Both the position numbers and the translations under genes were made by a program. A stretch of DNA of 64,000 nucleotides from Cyclobacteriaceae bacterium (lineage in GTDB: Bacteria > Bacteroidota > Bacteroidia > Cytophagales > Cyclobacteriaceae). The stretch lies in NCBI GenBank assembly GCA_019638395.1, contig JAHBTX010000004.1:306411-370410 (forward strand), read 5' to 3'. This document shows, piece after piece, positions 1 through 8,102 of this stretch. The notes under the pieces were generated by a model, which did no database searches, was not told where the DNA came from, and saw only the letters and a list, made by a program, of their open reading frames with translations. The first letter of the stretch is position 1. Each line of letters opens with the position of its first letter.

Positions 1-2
1 AA

Positions 3-218
3 CAGGAAGTAGCCCAGGCGTTGAAAGCGTTAACCCTGCGCGAAGCAGAAGTGATTGTGGATTATTATGGCCTTAATGGTACCCATCCACTTACGCTGGA
101 AGAGATTGGTGATAAGTTTGAATTAACACGCGAACGCGTTAGGCAAATAAAAGAAAAAGCCACTCGCAGATTGCGTAATGCCAAGCGTAGCAAAAACCTG
201 AAGGCGTACTTAGGATAA
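3..218 (+). CDS. Sigma-70 family RNA polymerase sigma factor (RpoD/SigA-type), 3' fragment, truncated by window start
   Basis: Region 4.2 [32 protein letters not shown]; frame is open back to the window edge. Confidence 0.9.
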   Translation, partial: QEVAQALKALTLREAEVIVDYYGLNGTHPLTLEEIGDKFELTRERVRQIKEKATRRLRNAKRSKNLKAYLG

Positions 219-237
219 CATTAAACCAAAAGTTTGA

Positions 238-582
238 ATGAGTCAGTTTTATAATCTTACGGACGAATATGCATCCATTTGGAATAAATACCGCCCGGCA
301 ATTTTAAGATGTATGGTGGATTGCGATACCGGGCCGCAGCAATATCAGTTTTATCAGCATGAGTTTAAAGCGCTTAACCCGAAGGAAAAAGGTAGTTATG
401 CATTTACATTACTAATAGCTGCGGCACGGCCACAAAAGTTAGCAAAGGAATCTCGCTTGGCGCATCAATTATTTTCGATGATCTCGCAGTCGAAACGCGG
501 TTCAGAATTATTAGCTGCCGCTGATTATAATTTTGAGTTAAGCAAAAACCTGTTACTTACTGTAAGCAAGGCACCAAATTGA
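238..582 (+). CDS. Hypothetical protein (114 aa)
   Basis: Clean ATG ORF filling the gap between the sigma gene and the convergent paaD; no recognised motif. Confidence 0.7.
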   Translation: MSQFYNLTDEYASIWNKYRPAILRCMVDCDTGPQQYQFYQHEFKALNPKEKGSYAFTLLIAAARPQKLAKESRLAHQLFSMISQSKRGSELLAAADYNFELSKNLLLTVSKAPN

Positions 583-606
583 GTAGTTGCATGCAACCAA
601 GTTAAG

Positions 607-1095
607 TTATATTGGCTTAAACTGCTCGAAGGCTTCCTTACACGTATGGCAATAGTATATAGCGCGGCAAAGTGTTGGGCCAAACGGAGTTTTTAGTTCG
701 GTGTGTGTGCCGTTGCAACGGGGGCAAGCAGTTTCTAAAATTTCAAGATCAGTAAATAAGGTACTATCAGGAGGAGGCGCAAGGCCATATTTTTTTAGTG
801 CGGCTTTACCTTTTTCTGAGATCAGGTCTGAACTCCACGGTTTCTCAAATGTAATTTCAACCCGAGGTTCATAGCCTTGTTGCTGCAATACCGTTTCCAC
901 TTCGGCTTTCATGTAATCCATAGCGGGGCAGCCGACAAACGTGGGCGTCATTTTTACAAGCACGGTGTTACCTTCAACGGTTACAGCCGTAATCACACCT
1001 AAATCCACCAACGAAAGCACGGGTATCTCCGGGTCTCTTACAGTTTCAAGTATGTGGAGAATTTGCTCGTTCATTTTATCTTTTAATACTGTCAA
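607..1095 (-). CDS. paaD: 1,2-phenylacetyl-CoA epoxidase subunit PaaD (DUF59-type)
   Basis: DPEIPVLSLVDLG, TPTFVGCPA, CPRC and GPTLCRAIYYCHTCKEAFEQFK motifs; lies downstream of paaABC. Confidence 0.92.
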   Translation of the reverse strand: MTVLKDKMNEQILHILETVRDPEIPVLSLVDLGVITAVTVEGNTVLVKMTPTFVGCPAMDYMKAEVETVLQQQGYEPRVEITFEKPWSSDLISEKGKAALKKYGLAPPPDSTLFTDLEILETACPRCNGTHTELKTPFGPTLCRAIYYCHTCKEAFEQFKPI

Positions 1096-1142
1096 TAGTC
1101 TTATGGCAGCTATGGACTATTGACTAAAAGGCTATCGACTAG

Positions 1143-1901
1143 TTACCATTCGGCAGAAGGATCAATCCGAAACACTTCGCTCATTTCGTCCAACAATGGT
1201 TGCAGATGTTCACTATGTTTTCCTTCGCGACCGCCATACACAGGCGTAATTGTTTTCCAGTCGGGCAGGTGGAGTTGCGTTTGGTTTAAAACCGATTCAA
1301 CTTTTGCCATCCATTTTTCTTTCAGTGCAACTTCGCCTGTAAATATTTTCTGATCGATCAGTTCGGCTTCGTAAGGGGAAGGTTCAAAAATTCCTAGTGC
1401 ATAGGGGAGTGCAATCTGTAATGAGTTTTGTAGTCGCGTGATGCTTTCTTCGGTAGCTGAACCGAGTTGTTTCATCCACGTGTTGGCGTGCAGCGTATGG
1501 TAACGGAGCTCACCGCGAATTTTTCGCGCTAGTTGAGCCAACGGTTCATAAGAAGAATTGCCCAAAGCTTCAAAGCGTAATGCTTCGGCTGTATCAAATA
1601 AGAAATGACGGATCAAACTAAAGTCGTATTCTTGATTAGGTAGTTCCACTAAAATGCAATTGTGAAACTGGTTGGCATTGCGGGTAAAGGCAACTGTATC
1701 GGGATCGCTTTCACCCAGTGTTTGCAACAATGTGTAAAGCGCTAAACTCTGACCTACTTTATCCTGCGCCATCGAAGAAAACGCGATGTCTTCTTCCAGT
1801 ATCGGGCCAAAGCCTGTCCATTCCGAATTGCGATGACCGAGTATCAATTGATCATCGGCCATTTTATAGAGGAGTTCTTTTAGTGCGAGGTTCATGGTCA
1901 T
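1143..1901 (-). CDS. paaC: 1,2-phenylacetyl-CoA epoxidase subunit PaaC
   Basis: ADDQLILGHRNSEWTG, LEEDIAFSSMAQD, ELRYH; start reset to the ATG at 1901 (or 1895) because the track's extension to 2060 reads through a repeat element. Confidence 0.92.
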   Translation of the reverse strand: MTMNLALKELLYKMADDQLILGHRNSEWTGFGPILEEDIAFSSMAQDKVGQSLALYTLLQTLGESDPDTVAFTRNANQFHNCILVELPNQEYDFSLIRHFLFDTAEALRFEALGNSSYEPLAQLARKIRGELRYHTLHANTWMKQLGSATEESITRLQNSLQIALPYALGIFEPSPYEAELIDQKIFTGEVALKEKWMAKVESVLNQTQLHLPDWKTITPVYGGREGKHSEHLQPLLDEMSEVFRIDPSAEW

Positions 1902-2097
1902 CAATTTTCTAACACAGCCTGTATTCGTTCTTTCATTAAACCTGGCACTTTTTTGTCTTGACACAAAAAGTACCCAAAAAAAGTCAAGACAAAAAGATGC
2001 TTCTTCCCGCTTGCCATCGCGCCCCCGCATTTTTGTCTGGCCATCGCACTTGAGTTTCAAAATAGATATTTGTGTAAACTTTAAACATTTGCACCAA

Positions 2098-2697
2098 CTA
2101 TCTCTTTTCCAAAAACTCTTTCAACTTATCACCGCCTTTATAATCACTTGCATCGCGGAATTTTTTTTCAGGCAAGGTTAGCCATAACTCTTTTTCTTCA
2201 TCGTTGGTAAACCGAATAGTATCAGTAGCAATGGCCCATACATTAAATACAACTTTGCCATTGTTAAATTGTTTGCCGGCCAGTTGCATGGCTTCCTGTG
2301 GTAACACCGCCTGTACCGTACCTACATGCACATGTTGCTTGCCCCTTTTTACCAGATGATAGATTTCAAAATTCTTTTTGCTTCCCGATTGTTCTGCTAC
2401 TTGTGGAAGTACATCATACACATTTTTATCGCCTTCGGTTAAGGGCGATACATACACATCGCGTGTATCCACTACATACAACGAAACACAAGTAAACCTG
2501 CGGGTAAAAGTTTCTTTTGCCAGCACCCATGCCAATTCAAGATTAGGTGCATGTACAATACCTTCGTGTTGAAACGGTTTGCCTTCTTTGGGTTGCACAA
2601 ATACTTCGTACGTGCCAAACTGATCTAACGGAGCTTTGGTTGAAATAGCTTCATTAAGTTGAGGAAGTCGGTTAACACGTGGATCGAGTGAATTCAA
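2098..2697 (-). CDS. paaB: PaaB-like epoxidase subunit with two tandem PaaB-type domains
   Basis: YEVF..K.G..(Q/V)H.G.V.A motif occurs twice; position between paaA and paaC. Confidence 0.8.
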   Translation of the reverse strand: MNSLDPRVNRLPQLNEAISTKAPLDQFGTYEVFVQPKEGKPFQHEGIVHAPNLELAWVLAKETFTRRFTCVSLYVVDTRDVYVSPLTEGDKNVYDVLPQVAEQSGSKKNFEIYHLVKRGKQHVHVGTVQAVLPQEAMQLAGKQFNNGKVVFNVWAIATDTIRFTNDEEKELWLTLPEKKFRDASDYKGGDKLKEFLEKR

Positions 2698-2801
2698 TAT
2701 TTCGGATTTTTATTTTATAATTTAGAATTTCGGATTTAACATTTCGGATTGATGGAAGAATCAAACCAATTCGAATTTTTAAATTTTCAATTTGAAATGA
2801 A

Positions 2802-3785
2802 CTAAGCTAAAGGTGTAGCGTAACTCATTTTAGGAGTCTTCAACGCTTCGCGTACCCACTTGCCTCTCGCTTCTGCAATTCTGCGTACTTCCAACCGTTC
2901 TTTGTTGCATGGGCCATCGCCATTAATCACGCGTTTAAATTCTTCCCAGTCTGGTTCGGTGTATTGCCACTTGCCGTTTTCATTTTTCTTCAGACTCGGA
3001 TCGGGAATGGTAAAGCCCAGTTCCCAGATTTTAGGAACATACATATCTAAAAACTGGTTGCGCATTTCATCGTTGGTGCCCATCTTCACTTTCCAACGCA
3101 TCAATACTTCTGTATGTGCCGAAATCTTATCAGACGGCCCAAAGAAGTGCATCATAGGCGGCCACCAGCGGTTCAATGCTTCCTGAAACATTTGGCGTTG
3201 TTTCGCGGTACCGCTGGCTAAGTAAATAACACAATGATGGCCATACTTCAAGTGAAAAGATTCTTCGGCACAGATTCTTTCCAGTGCGCGGCAGTAGGGG
3301 CCGTAACTTCCTTTTGCATTCGCCAACTGATTCACAATGGCACCCGCATCTACCAGCCAGGAGATAAAACAGCAATCGGCCCACGTAAAGGTGGGATAGT
3401 TAAAAATGTTGGAGTACTTTGATTTGCCGTTGATCAGGTCATCAACCATTTGCTCGCGCGATTTGCCAAGTGTTTCGGCAGCACTATAGAGTAACTGCGC
3501 ATGACCAACTTCATCTTGCACTTTGGCCATTAACGACATTTTGCGTTTAAACCCCGGAGCGCGTGTAATCCAGGTGCCTTCGGGTAATGCACCAATTATT
3601 TCACTGTGCGCATGTTGTTCGATCATGCGGATGAGTTGCTTGCGGTAAAGCTGCGGCATCCAATCGGTAGGTTCAATTTTTTCGCCTCTTGCAATGCGGG
3701 CTTCGAATGCAGCCAACCGTATTGGATCTTCCTGCGCCAGACTATCAGTCTTTAGTCCTTCAAATGTATTTCCCCCTCCGTACAT
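2802..3785 (-). CDS. paaA: 1,2-phenylacetyl-CoA epoxidase catalytic subunit PaaA
   Basis: [35 protein letters not shown] di-iron ligands; likely start is the ATG at 3785 (MYGGG). Confidence 0.95.
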   Translation of the reverse strand: MYGGGNTFEGLKTDSLAQEDPIRLAAFEARIARGEKIEPTDWMPQLYRKQLIRMIEQHAHSEIIGALPEGTWITRAPGFKRKMSLMAKVQDEVGHAQLLYSAAETLGKSREQMVDDLINGKSKYSNIFNYPTFTWADCCFISWLVDAGAIVNQLANAKGSYGPYCRALERICAEESFHLKYGHHCVIYLASGTAKQRQMFQEALNRWWPPMMHFFGPSDKISAHTEVLMRWKVKMGTNDEMRNQFLDMYVPKIWELGFTIPDPSLKKNENGKWQYTEPDWEEFKRVINGDGPCNKERLEVRRIAEARGKWVREALKTPKMSYATPLA

Positions 3786-3816
3786 AAAGCAGTTATTATT
3801 GCCTAACAATCGTTTG

Positions 3817-3824
3817 CAAATATA
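3817..3824 (-). promoter_or_regulatory. Bacteroidota -7 promoter element (TATATTTG) upstream of paaA
   Basis: Exact match to the TAnnTTTG consensus about 30 nt upstream of the paaA start. Confidence 0.6.
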
Positions 3825-3880
3825 AACAGGAATCCCGGCAGAAGGTTACTGAAAGTGAATAAAATGCAGGGTGAGCCTCC

Positions 3881-4465
3881 TTACTTTTTCAAGCCATTCA
3901 CCAGCATATCAGCCAGTTGCTGGCCTAAGTCCTGTGGCACAATTTTGCTGGAAGGGTCGTACCACATAGGCATCCAGTTGAGGGATGAAAACAACGTCAT
4001 TACCGCCAGTTTTTTATCGATGGAATCTTTGAACTCACCTTGTTTAGCACCGGCTTCAATAATGGACTTAAAGCGGTTTATGTAGTTGATGCGCAGTAAC
4101 AAAAAATCGCGCAAGTAAGGTTGGCTCAGGTGGCGATGTTCATTCATAAATACAGCCGAAGCCGTAAGGTCTTTAGCCATAACCTGTATGTGCCCGATGA
4201 TTCCGAGTTTCAGCTTTTCGGATGCCGTTACTTCTTTCTTTTCAACTTCGGCTAACGACTTACGAAACTCAGCAGCCATATCAAAACACAGGTGCTGTAG
4301 AATTTCTTCCTTCGATTTAATGTGCGAGTATAAACTGGCTGCTTCAATGCCCAGCTTCTGGGCAAGGTCGCGCATAGAAGATGCCGCATAACCTTTCTCC
4401 CGAAACAATTCGGCAGCGCTGCGGATTACTTGTTCTTTACGGGATAAATTGCCTAGTACTTCCAT
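3881..4465 (-). CDS. TetR/AcrR family regulator (PaaR-like)
   Basis: N-terminal HTH AAELFREKGYAASSMRDLAQKLGIEAASLYSH; directly upstream of paaA. Confidence 0.9.
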   Translation of the reverse strand: MEVLGNLSRKEQVIRSAAELFREKGYAASSMRDLAQKLGIEAASLYSHIKSKEEILQHLCFDMAAEFRKSLAEVEKKEVTASEKLKLGIIGHIQVMAKDLTASAVFMNEHRHLSQPYLRDFLLLRINYINRFKSIIEAGAKQGEFKDSIDKKLAVMTLFSSLNWMPMWYDPSSKIVPQDLGQQLADMLVNGLKK

Positions 4466-4529
4466 AGGTGGTAGAAATCACTGGCTAAGTTAATTAATTA
4501 AATTTGATTAAATTCATAACAGATAAAAA

Positions 4530-5027
4530 ATGAAATTCAACTCGGTTAAAGAGTATTTCTTAAGGCTAAACAATACCGGCTACCAACTGATGATGGTGCC
4601 CATGATCTTGTTTATCTATCATTATGCCAGCGTTTATGCATTTACAACTCGGGTATGGATAACCGATTTAGCGATTGTTCACTATTTATTAATTGGTGTG
4701 ATTACACTTTCGTTGATATCCCTAACGGTCGTTCATTTTTTTGTACGCTCGCGCGCGATAAAAATTTCCGTACAAACGGGACTTGGATTAAAACTTGAGC
4801 AGTTGGGAAGTGTGTTGATGCAACGGTTAATTGTACTTGCACTGATAACCCTGGCAATGCCAGTGGGATTGGTACTTACACATCACATCGGGTTTGCAAT
4901 TGGATTTGCTATGCTGTTAGTGTGGTTTTTTTTGCATTGGCCCACGCCCACTCAGGTTTGTAGTTTACTTAAACTGAAAGGTGATGAAAAGGAAATGGTA
5001 TTAAGTAAGGGGGAGGCGTTTAAATAA
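4530..5027 (+). CDS. Hypothetical multi-pass membrane protein
   Basis: About four hydrophobic segments; C-terminal WPT...LKL...E motif resembles that of 58186-58659. Confidence 0.75.
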   Translation: MKFNSVKEYFLRLNNTGYQLMMVPMILFIYHYASVYAFTTRVWITDLAIVHYLLIGVITLSLISLTVVHFFVRSRAIKISVQTGLGLKLEQLGSVLMQRLIVLALITLAMPVGLVLTHHIGFAIGFAMLLVWFFLHWPTPTQVCSLLKLKGDEKEMVLSKGEAFK

Positions 5028-5030
5028 ACC

Positions 5031-5285
5031 TTATTCTTCAGTTTTTTGTAAACTTCTTAATCGTTGATTCATTAAACCAAGCAGTGTAGTTGCACTACCA
5101 AACAGGATGATTGTTCGAACATAATGATCCCCTTTTACCAAAGATATGATAACTCCAATGACCACGCCTATTAATAAGTGGCCCAATAAGTCAGCAATTT
5201 TATTTTGTGAGAATTGAATTGCCCCGAAGTCATAATAGAATTTAAGAAGCTTTCTCATACTACAATATTTTAAGAAATTATTCAT
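5031..5285 (-). CDS. Small membrane protein, candidate immunity factor, downstream of the XRE gene
   Basis: AT-rich ORF with two hydrophobic segments including GVVIG; start may be the later ATG (MRKLL). Confidence 0.5.
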   Translation of the reverse strand: MNNFLKYCSMRKLLKFYYDFGAIQFSQNKIADLLGHLLIGVVIGVIISLVKGDHYVRTIILFGSATTLLGLMNQRLRSLQKTEE

Positions 5286-5352
5286 AGTAAATGTGGTTCT
5301 TTTTGGCCAGAACTCAAAAAATATTGATTACAAAATCGTGAGAAACTCCTTC

Positions 5353-5592
5353 TTATTTCTTTCTTAACTTCTGAGTTTGAAAATTGACAAGCTCTGGAAG
5401 TGTAATTTTTAACCCCATTGAAATAGATATAAGAACATCTATGGTTGCGCAGTATTTAGCGTTTTCAATACGCTGAATTGTGATTTTAGCTAAATCTGAT
5501 AAGTCAGCTAGTTCTTGCTGACTTAGTTTTTGAGCATCCCTCAACTGCCTTAGATGAGTTCCAAAAGCTTTAATGCCGGAGGGATTCTTCAC
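5353..5592 (-). CDS. XRE-family helix-turn-helix regulator
   Basis: LRQLRDAQKLSQQELADLSDLAKITIQRIENA is a typical Cro/C1 HTH. Confidence 0.9.
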   Translation of the reverse strand: MKNPSGIKAFGTHLRQLRDAQKLSQQELADLSDLAKITIQRIENAKYCATIDVLISISMGLKITLPELVNFQTQKLRKK

Positions 5593-5618
5593 AGAGCGAA
5601 AGTCGCTCAGTGAAAAAA

Positions 5619-5650
5619 TATTTTTGGATACACATGTGTATCCAAAAATA
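5619..5650. promoter_or_regulatory. Perfect 32-bp palindrome, putative XRE operator
   Basis: TATTTTTGGATACACA|TGTGTATCCAAAAATA, between the divergent XRE gene and precursor gene 1. Confidence 0.7.
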
Positions 5651-5657
5651 AAAATTA

Positions 5658-5665
5658 TATATTTG
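5658..5665 (+). promoter_or_regulatory. Bacteroidota -7 promoter element (TATATTTG) for the precursor operon
   Basis: Exact TAnnTTTG match immediately 3' of the palindrome. Confidence 0.6.
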
Positions 5666-5775
5666 AAAAGAAGGATATGTGCATACCAAGACTTCTAAAT
5701 ACTTTGATTGAGGATTCTTAGCAGATTGAAATAATAAATTCCAATTATAAATTTCTTAAACCTAAATCCAATTCT

Positions 5776-6126
5776 ATGAAAAGAAACAAACAGAGTATTA
5801 AAATACTAGCGTTAATGCTAGTTTTCACGTTTATGGTGGTAACATCCTTCAGAGTGAATGCTTCTTCAGCATTTGGCTCAACAAGCTCAAATGTCTATAA
5901 AACAACATCGAATGACAGCCAACAGATGAATGCGGTAGCTCCTAATGTCGTTGCAGCTGCATTAGTCGCGGGATTTGAAGTTGGAGTTGCTGTTGGTGCA
6001 GTTGTTGGTATAGTTTCGGGATTTGCATATCAAATGGTTACTAATTTTCTTCACGGTGTTGAGAGTATAGCATCTTTAGACTATTTGAATTATGATCCAA
6101 ATGATCTCTCAAAGTTTGATAATTAA
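5776..6126 (+). CDS. Secreted glycine-zipper peptide precursor 1 (putative SdpC/YitM-like toxin)
   Basis: Signal peptide ending RVNA; core GFEVGVAVGAVVGIVSG; tail LNYDPNDLSKFD; next to SdpA/SdpB-like genes. Confidence 0.7.
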   Translation: MKRNKQSIKILALMLVFTFMVVTSFRVNASSAFGSTSSNVYKTTSNDSQQMNAVAPNVVAAALVAGFEVGVAVGAVVGIVSGFAYQMVTNFLHGVESIASLDYLNYDPNDLSKFDN

Positions 6127-6150
6127 TAATTGACTAAACCCAAAAACAAA

Positions 6151-6480
6151 ATGAAAAATAGAAAAGTGTACTCTCTTTTGATTTTAGTTGCTATGTTAGG
6201 ATCAATAGCTATGCAGGCATCAGGAGCGTCAAGTGTTGGTTCTGTAGCGGTAAATAAGTACGATGTAAGTGCTGTTGGTACTATGAGTAAAGATGTTAAT
6301 CTCGCAGCAGCGGCAGCATTTGCTGTTGGATTTGTAACTGGACTGGCTGTTGGTGTAATTGAAGGATTTAATGTTGGAACTTACCTTGCTAATTTCTTAT
6401 ACGGTGGAGAACAATTAGCATCTTCTTTAGAGAATCTAGATTATTCTAAGAATGATCTCGCAAGATTTGATCCCAAGTAA
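6151..6480 (+). CDS. Secreted glycine-zipper peptide precursor 2, paralog of precursor 1
   Basis: Signal peptide; core GFVTGLAVGVIEGFNVG; tail LDYSKNDLARFD; ATG at 6151 preferred over TTG at 6130. Confidence 0.7.
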   Translation: MKNRKVYSLLILVAMLGSIAMQASGASSVGSVAVNKYDVSAVGTMSKDVNLAAAAAFAVGFVTGLAVGVIEGFNVGTYLANFLYGGEQLASSLENLDYSKNDLARFDPK

Positions 6481-7192
6481 TTTGACTGATCAAAAGCGAA
6501 GAGGTTCGAAATACGGTATTACCGTTTTTCGGGCTTCTTTGTATTTAGTAATTTTTCTTCATTTTTCAATTTTGACTTTGTATTTGGCTCCCTCTAATCC
6601 TGTAAACCACATTTTTAAAGTTGAGATAGGTTCTTATGTAAATCCTTTTTTTAGTCAAAATTGGAGCCTCTTTGCACCAGATCCTGTTTCAAGTAATCAG
6701 ACTTTACAAATTAAATTTATTGCTTTTAATAATGAGATCGAGAGTAAAACAGATTGGTTAGATTTAAAAGAGATGGTCCATGCAGAACGAGCCAAAAGCT
6801 TCTGGTCTCCGCTTCAAAGGTTAGAGAAATATCTTAGTGGTGTTACGCAATCTATTGTTACTGATCAAATCCACTTAAACAATTTCATAGAAACTCACTC
6901 AAACTTTAGCCAAGATTCTATAAGGGTGCTACAGGATTTATATAAAATGAATTATGGCCACAGAAGTCTTAAGTCTTATTCTCAAATCGTATTGTCAAAA
7001 TTAAACTTCGCCAAAGAATACGATAGCATAGCTGTAATGTATCGTATAGTTGATGCTAAGTTCCCACGTTTCTCCAAGCGCCATTTAGATTACCACGATT
7101 TGAATAACTATGAGATAACTTATTTTGAGTTAGACTTAGGGGTTATCAAATATAAAGATTTAGAAGATGACGGCCGAAGTTCAGAAAACTAA
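6452..7192 (+). CDS. DUF5819 / SdpA-like maturation protein
   Basis: N-terminal TM segment followed by YVNPFFSQNWSLFAPDP; precedes an HTTM gene; start may be the TTG at 6482. Confidence 0.75.
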   Translation: MISQDLIPSNLTDQKRRGSKYGITVFRASLYLVIFLHFSILTLYLAPSNPVNHIFKVEIGSYVNPFFSQNWSLFAPDPVSSNQTLQIKFIAFNNEIESKTDWLDLKEMVHAERAKSFWSPLQRLEKYLSGVTQSIVTDQIHLNNFIETHSNFSQDSIRVLQDLYKMNYGHRSLKSYSQIVLSKLNFAKEYDSIAVMYRIVDAKFPRFSKRHLDYHDLNNYEITYFELDLGVIKYKDLEDDGRSSEN

Positions 7193-8102
7193 CCAATTCA
7201 TCGGGCTATCAATTATCAGGTTCATTTTTGGCTTGATTATTTTAAAGAATATTATTTTTTATCTACCAACATCGGATTACTATTTCGGTAAAAACGGAAT
7301 TGTTCCTTGGGAGGATTTTCTGCTAATCTGCGGAACAATAAACATGTCGTTCATGACAATATTTTTTCAAAATGATTTAATGCTTAAAATTTACTTATTG
7401 TTGACAGTTGTGTTAGCATTTAATTTCTGTTTAGGAATAGGCTCAACCATAAATGGTGTAGCATTAACTATTTTTTTGTTTTTCTTAAAGTTAAGAAACG
7501 GATTAATACTTGATGGTTCTGACAATGTTATTTCAGTAGTATTGCCATTTTTAATATTTACCAATTGTTATCGTTTTTTCAATGTTCAATTGGCTTATGA
7601 TAAGTTGGAGCAAGTTTTGAGAAGTAAAGATTGGATGACAGTTGTGGACAGAGTATTTGTTTTAGCGATTAAAATTCAAGTGATCTTTGTCTATTTTTTT
7701 ACGGCTATTGCAAAATCTGGAGGAGTATTATGGCAAAATGGTACAGCTGTTTACTATACTATGCGCGTGAAGGAGTTTAATGCTACGTCATTGAATGTTC
7801 CCCTGACTCAGAATGTTTATTTTGTTGTATTTACAACTTATACTACTCAACTTATTGAAATAGCATTTGCCTTTTTAGTCTGGTTTAAAAAGACAAAATT
7901 CATAATTCTCACCATTACGGCATTATTACATGTTGGTATTTTTATCTTCATGAGAATTGATAACTTCTCTTGGGTGATGATAACCACGTATGCCGTGTTT
8001 ATAAATGATGATGAGTTTTTATCGATACATAAAGGCGTAAAACTAAGAATATCTTCTTTCTTACTCTGGAAGCAAAAAATATTAAACATAATCATCAAAT
8101 GA
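7167..8102 (+). CDS. HTTM-domain / SdpB-like membrane protein
   Basis: Multi-TM; DGSDN, YFFTAIAK..G.LWQNGTAVYYTM, LIEIAF and LHVGIFIFM.IDNFSWVM motifs. Confidence 0.8.
   Translation: MTAEVQKTNQFIGLSIIRFIFGLIILKNIIFYLPTSDYYFGKNGIVPWEDFLLICGTINMSFMTIFFQNDLMLKIYLLLTVVLAFNFCLGIGSTINGVALTIFLFFLKLRNGLILDGSDNVISVVLPFLIFTNCYRFFNVQLAYDKLEQVLRSKDWMTVVDRVFVLAIKIQVIFVYFFTAIAKSGGVLWQNGTAVYYTMRVKEFNATSLNVPLTQNVYFVVFTTYTTQLIEIAFAFLVWFKKTKFIILTITALLHVGIFIFMRIDNFSWVMITTYAVFINDDEFLSIHKGVKLRISSFLLWKQKILNIIIK

Noticed and set aside
1902-2060. 53-aa N-terminal extension of PaaC given by the ORF track
   Set aside because: It translates the palindromic intergenic element; PaaC similarity starts at MTMNLALKELL (1901).
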